A DNA stretch of 64,000 nt from Pseudomonadota bacterium (GTDB lineage: Bacteria; Pseudomonadota; Gammaproteobacteria; Xanthomonadales; Rhodanobacteraceae): the NCBI GenBank assembly GCA_023430685.1, contig JAEYZH010000024.1, positions 1,372-65,371 of the forward strand. The letters run 5' to 3'. Made by a program: the position numbers and the translations under genes. The notes under the pieces are model-generated. The model saw only the letters and a program-made list of their open reading frames with translations. It was not told the origin of the DNA and made no database searches. This document shows positions 61,263-64,000 of the stretch, in pieces (position 1 is the first letter of the stretch; each line of letters begins with the position of its first letter).

Positions 61263-61840
61263 TGCGCGCCCTTTTCCTGGACACGGAAACGACCGGTATG
61301 CCGGACTTCGGCGCGCCGTCCGAATCGCCGCAACAGCCGCACATCGTCCAACTGGCAGCCGCGCTGGTCGACGTCGACATGCGCAGGACGATCGCCAGCG
61401 TCGATTTGGTCGTGAAGCCGGAGGGATGGGAGATCCCGGCCGAGGTCACCGCGATCCACGGAATCACGACGGAGCACGCCGCCGACGTCGGAGTTCCCGA
61501 AACCTTGGCGATCGAGGCGCTACTCGCGCTCTGGCGCTCTGCGCAGGTCCGCATCGGCCACAACGAATCCTTCGACGCGCGCATCGTGCGCATCGGCCTG
61601 AAGCGATTCCAGGACGACGTGATTGCCGATGCGTGGAAGGCATTCCCGGCCGAATGCACGATGCGGCAGGCTCGGCCGATCTGCGCGTTGCCGAAGAGCA
61701 AGGCGCCGACTCTTGCCGAGGCGCACGCCATTCTGTGCGGCTCGCCGCTTCATGGAGCGCATTCCGCGCTCGGCGACATGCTCGGCTGCATGGCCGTCTA
61801 CTGGGCTCTGCGCGATCGCGAAGCAATGGCGGTGGCGTGA
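61259..61840 (+). CDS. DnaQ-like DEDDh 3'-5' exonuclease
   Basis: ExoI FLDTETTG, ExoII IGHNESFDARI, ExoIII HSALGDMLG. Confidence 0.88.
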   Translation: MMRALFLDTETTGMPDFGAPSESPQQPHIVQLAAALVDVDMRRTIASVDLVVKPEGWEIPAEVTAIHGITTEHAADVGVPETLAIEALLALWRSAQVRIGHNESFDARIVRIGLKRFQDDVIADAWKAFPAECTMRQARPICALPKSKAPTLAEAHAILCGSPLHGAHSALGDMLGCMAVYWALRDREAMAVA

Positions 61841-62352
61841 TGGCGAACAACGGCCACCAGCCGGGCATGATCCTGAAGCCGCTGATCGCATTCGGGCGCA
61901 CGCCGAGCGACTGCTGGACTTGGCTCGGGAACCACGACGCTGCCGGCGTTCCGACGAAGACCTATCTCGGCCAGCACATGCCGGCGCGCCGCTGGCTCTG
62001 GATGCAGCTTTTCGGCCCCGTTCCGGACGGTCTCGTCATCACGACGATGCCAGTGTGCGGCAACAAGGCGTGCATGAATCCGCAGCACTTCCGCGCCTGT
62101 CATCAAGCGCATGCGAATCGCGCAAGCGTGCAAACGGTGCTGATGCCCGCCGACGTGATCGAAATCCGTCGCGCGAAGAAAGATCGCGGCCCGAACACCG
62201 CGCGCGTGCTCGCCGAGAAGATCGGATGCAGTCAGCAGGCGATCCGCGACATCTGGCGTGGTCGCTCATGGGGCGCGCCGAACCCGAATTACGGACCCCG
62301 AATTCCCCCTGGCAGCCCTGCGCCAGAAGCCGCGGCGCCTCCCCCGTCGTAG
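61840..62352 (+). CDS. HNH endonuclease (homing-type) with a C-terminal HTH-like segment
   Basis: CWTWLGNHDAAGVP...PDGLVITTMPVCGNKACMNPQHF is an HNH_3-like pattern. TGATG overlap with the upstream stop. Confidence 0.7.
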   Translation: MANNGHQPGMILKPLIAFGRTPSDCWTWLGNHDAAGVPTKTYLGQHMPARRWLWMQLFGPVPDGLVITTMPVCGNKACMNPQHFRACHQAHANRASVQTVLMPADVIEIRRAKKDRGPNTARVLAEKIGCSQQAIRDIWRGRSWGAPNPNYGPRIPPGSPAPEAAAPPPS

Positions 62353-62431
62353 CTGGACCCGGCCCGTCGTCGCCGCGGGTACGCAGGGCAAGGCGGCACC
62401 AATTCGATTCCCAGGCCAAAGGAGGCCGAAC

Positions 62432-62797
62432 GTGAGCAACAGCAACAAGACCAACTTCGCCGAGATGATCGGCGAACTCAACGCCGGCGTGTTCTCCGAA
62501 CAGGTGAACCAGGCGATCAGCGATGTCGCGCTCGGCGTCGTGACGCAGGGCAAGCCCGGCGAAGTCATCATCAAGCTGTCGCTGAAGCAGATCGGCGAAG
62601 GCCAGCAGGTGAGCATCAAGCACAAGCTGAGCTACGTGAAGCCGACCCATCGCGGAAAGCTCACCGAAGAATCCTCGTCCGACACGCCGATGCACGTCGG
62701 CCACGGCGGCGTCGTGTCCCTGTTCCCGAACAAGCAGACCAGCATGGAGCTCGGCGCGGGCGCCGCGACCGGCCGCACGGACGGCGTGCGCGGGTAG
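62432..62797 (+). CDS. Hypothetical protein (121 aa)
   Basis: AAGGAGG lies 6 nt upstream of the GTG at 62432. No motif recognised. Confidence 0.55.
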   Translation: MSNSNKTNFAEMIGELNAGVFSEQVNQAISDVALGVVTQGKPGEVIIKLSLKQIGEGQQVSIKHKLSYVKPTHRGKLTEESSSDTPMHVGHGGVVSLFPNKQTSMELGAGAATGRTDGVRG

Positions 62798-62843
62798 TTC
62801 CGATCGCGCTGCTGCACAACTCCCTTCCCACTGAGGTTTCCCC

Positions 62844-63704
62844 ATGTTCAACGAAGAAGCACTGGATCTCTTGCAGAGGACCGCCGTGCGCGCGAGCGGC
62901 GTTGTCGCCGTCGACACCCACAAGCCGCAGCTTGCAGTTCCCGAAGGCGTCGTCCTCAAGGACATCGAGCACCTGCAGGCCGGCCGGTCGCGTTTCCGCG
63001 GTCAGTACCAGACGAGCATGCTGGCGGAGTTCAACTCCTACACGAGCAAGCGGCACAGCGACGCGAGCGGTCTTGCTCCGGCGCCGGCTGGCACCGGCTC
63101 GACGAGCGTGTTCGTCAATGCCGATGGCGCCTCGGCCACGGCGTTTTTCAATCTCGGCGCGCCGACCAACCCGGGCCACGGCGACGACATCGCAGTCCTG
63201 ACGCTGCGCAGCACGGCCGCGCACGCCGCGCTCATGGCCATCATCGGCAAGCAGATGAAGCAGCGCCAGCTGGCCGAATTCCTCGAGGACTGGCACGACA
63301 TCGTGTTGCCGGTCTATCCCGTCGACGATCCGAATGCTCCCGTCCCCTCGCTCAGTGCCGCGATCGCCGCGATCCGCGACATCACGATCTCGGCGAAGGC
63401 CGAGCAGTCATCGGTCCAGGGCGATCTGAGCGCCGGCCGTACCGCGATCGAGGAGATCGAGGCGCGCAGCCGCAAGGTGCTGCCGACCGGCTTCACCTTC
63501 GCCACCGAACCTTACGAGGGCTTCCTCCAGCGCACGTTCAATCTGCGCCTGGCTGTGCTGCCGCAGGAGAAGGATCCGCTCCTGACCCTGCGCATCGTCG
63601 GCCATGCCGACGTGCAGGAGAAGATCGCCAAGGAGTTCGAGCAGAAGGTCCGCGACGGCGTGCCGACCGGCGTCAACGTCTATCGCGGCACGTTCGCGCC
63701 CTGA
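62844..63704 (+). CDS. YfdQ/DUF2303-like prophage protein (286 aa)
   Basis: Length and motifs (NPGHGDDIAVLTL..., LAEFLEDWHD...) match my recollection of the CPS-53 YfdQ family. Unverified. Confidence 0.55.
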   Translation: MFNEEALDLLQRTAVRASGVVAVDTHKPQLAVPEGVVLKDIEHLQAGRSRFRGQYQTSMLAEFNSYTSKRHSDASGLAPAPAGTGSTSVFVNADGASATAFFNLGAPTNPGHGDDIAVLTLRSTAAHAALMAIIGKQMKQRQLAEFLEDWHDIVLPVYPVDDPNAPVPSLSAAIAAIRDITISAKAEQSSVQGDLSAGRTAIEEIEARSRKVLPTGFTFATEPYEGFLQRTFNLRLAVLPQEKDPLLTLRIVGHADVQEKIAKEFEQKVRDGVPTGVNVYRGTFAP

Positions 63705-64000
63705 TCCGGGCTGATCGATGTCGTACTTCATCCGTTACGAGTTGCCGCCGCTCCTGCTGGTGACCCCTGGCTGGTGCTGGATTCGTAACGAGATTCCGAA
63801 TTGGGGCCGGCCTCGCGGCACCGGCGTCCATATGCCCCGGCAGCGTGCCGGGCCTCGCAACGCGACATTCCCGCCGGCGAATGCGCGGCGGCGCCGAGAA
63901 GAGGACTCGGTATGCCGCCGCGGAGTGACCGGATGAACGAAGCAAGGTGATGGCCGAGTGCGCGGCCGTGAGGCGCACCAGGCGGCTGGAAGGCCGCCAC

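Larger units (their letters stand above)
8751..64000. mobile_element. Prophage with lambdoid regulation and a short-tailed-phage-like virion module; right end lies beyond the window
   Basis: Contiguous phage modules: virion 9182-36758, terminase 38302-40238, lysis 40428-42884, Q 43617-44078, replication 45993-47439, immunity 53150-53966, recombination 58558-61840. The left boundary is placed only approximately, between the last host-like gene (8750) and the giant virion gene (9182). Confidence 0.9.

Noticed and set aside
63718-64000. ORFs at the right edge (63718..63936 plus; 63728..64000 minus)
   Set aside because: They are short or truncated, Arg/Pro-rich, and have no RBS or motif. The window ends before any integrase or excisionase can be assessed.

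Overview
High-GC (roughly two-thirds G+C by eye) proteobacterial DNA in two parts. (1) About 1-8750 is chromosomal backbone. It carries the minus-strand block uvrC - pgsA - tRNA-Gly(GCC) - tRNA-Cys(GCA) ... tRNA-Leu(UAA), the same order as E. coli uvrC-pgsA-glyW-cysT-leuZ. About 2.9 kb of small genes (Cu/Zn superoxide dismutase, a Cys-rich metal-binding-like protein, a membrane protein, a histone-H1-like basic protein) sits between tRNA-Cys and tRNA-Leu. A thioredoxin/NHL-repeat protein, a low-MW phosphotyrosine phosphatase and small secreted or Cys-rich proteins follow. (2) From about 8.8-9.2 kb to the window end (at least 55 kb) is one prophage whose right end, integrase and att sites are not in the window. 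Its regulation is lambdoid. There is a divergent CI-like/Cro-like pair with three TTACC-N4-GGTAA operators, a second operator/promoter set 2.9 kb away, a tR1-like terminator, O-like and P-like replication genes with in-gene iterons, and a lambda-Q-type antiterminator. A lysis cassette (holin candidates, lambda-R-type transglycosylase, overlapped Rz/Rz1 spanins) is also present. The virion module reads terS, terL, portal, scaffold, HK97-like capsid, adaptors, fibres, internal proteins. It has no tape-measure, tube or sheath genes, so a short-tailed (P22/BPP-1/Bcep22-like) phage is inferred. Points most worth follow-up: (a) a 2,936-aa polyvalent virion protein containing pyrophosphatase-like, RelA/SpoT alarmone-synthetase-like, ParB-like and RadC/JAB modules; (b) a Mesh1-type small alarmone hydrolase in the immunity region of the same prophage; (c) at least five lower-GC, opposite-strand or lysogeny-positioned morons. 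These are a secreted repeat protein between terL and portal, a HEPN-like protein antisense between Q and the holin, a 2-TM SLATT-like protein, a 2-TM DUF4760-like protein, and a two-gene tail on the repressor operon in the lambda rexAB position. The prophage also has two orphan DNA methyltransferases plus a Lar-like protein. All family assignments come from reading motifs in the translations. No database search was run.
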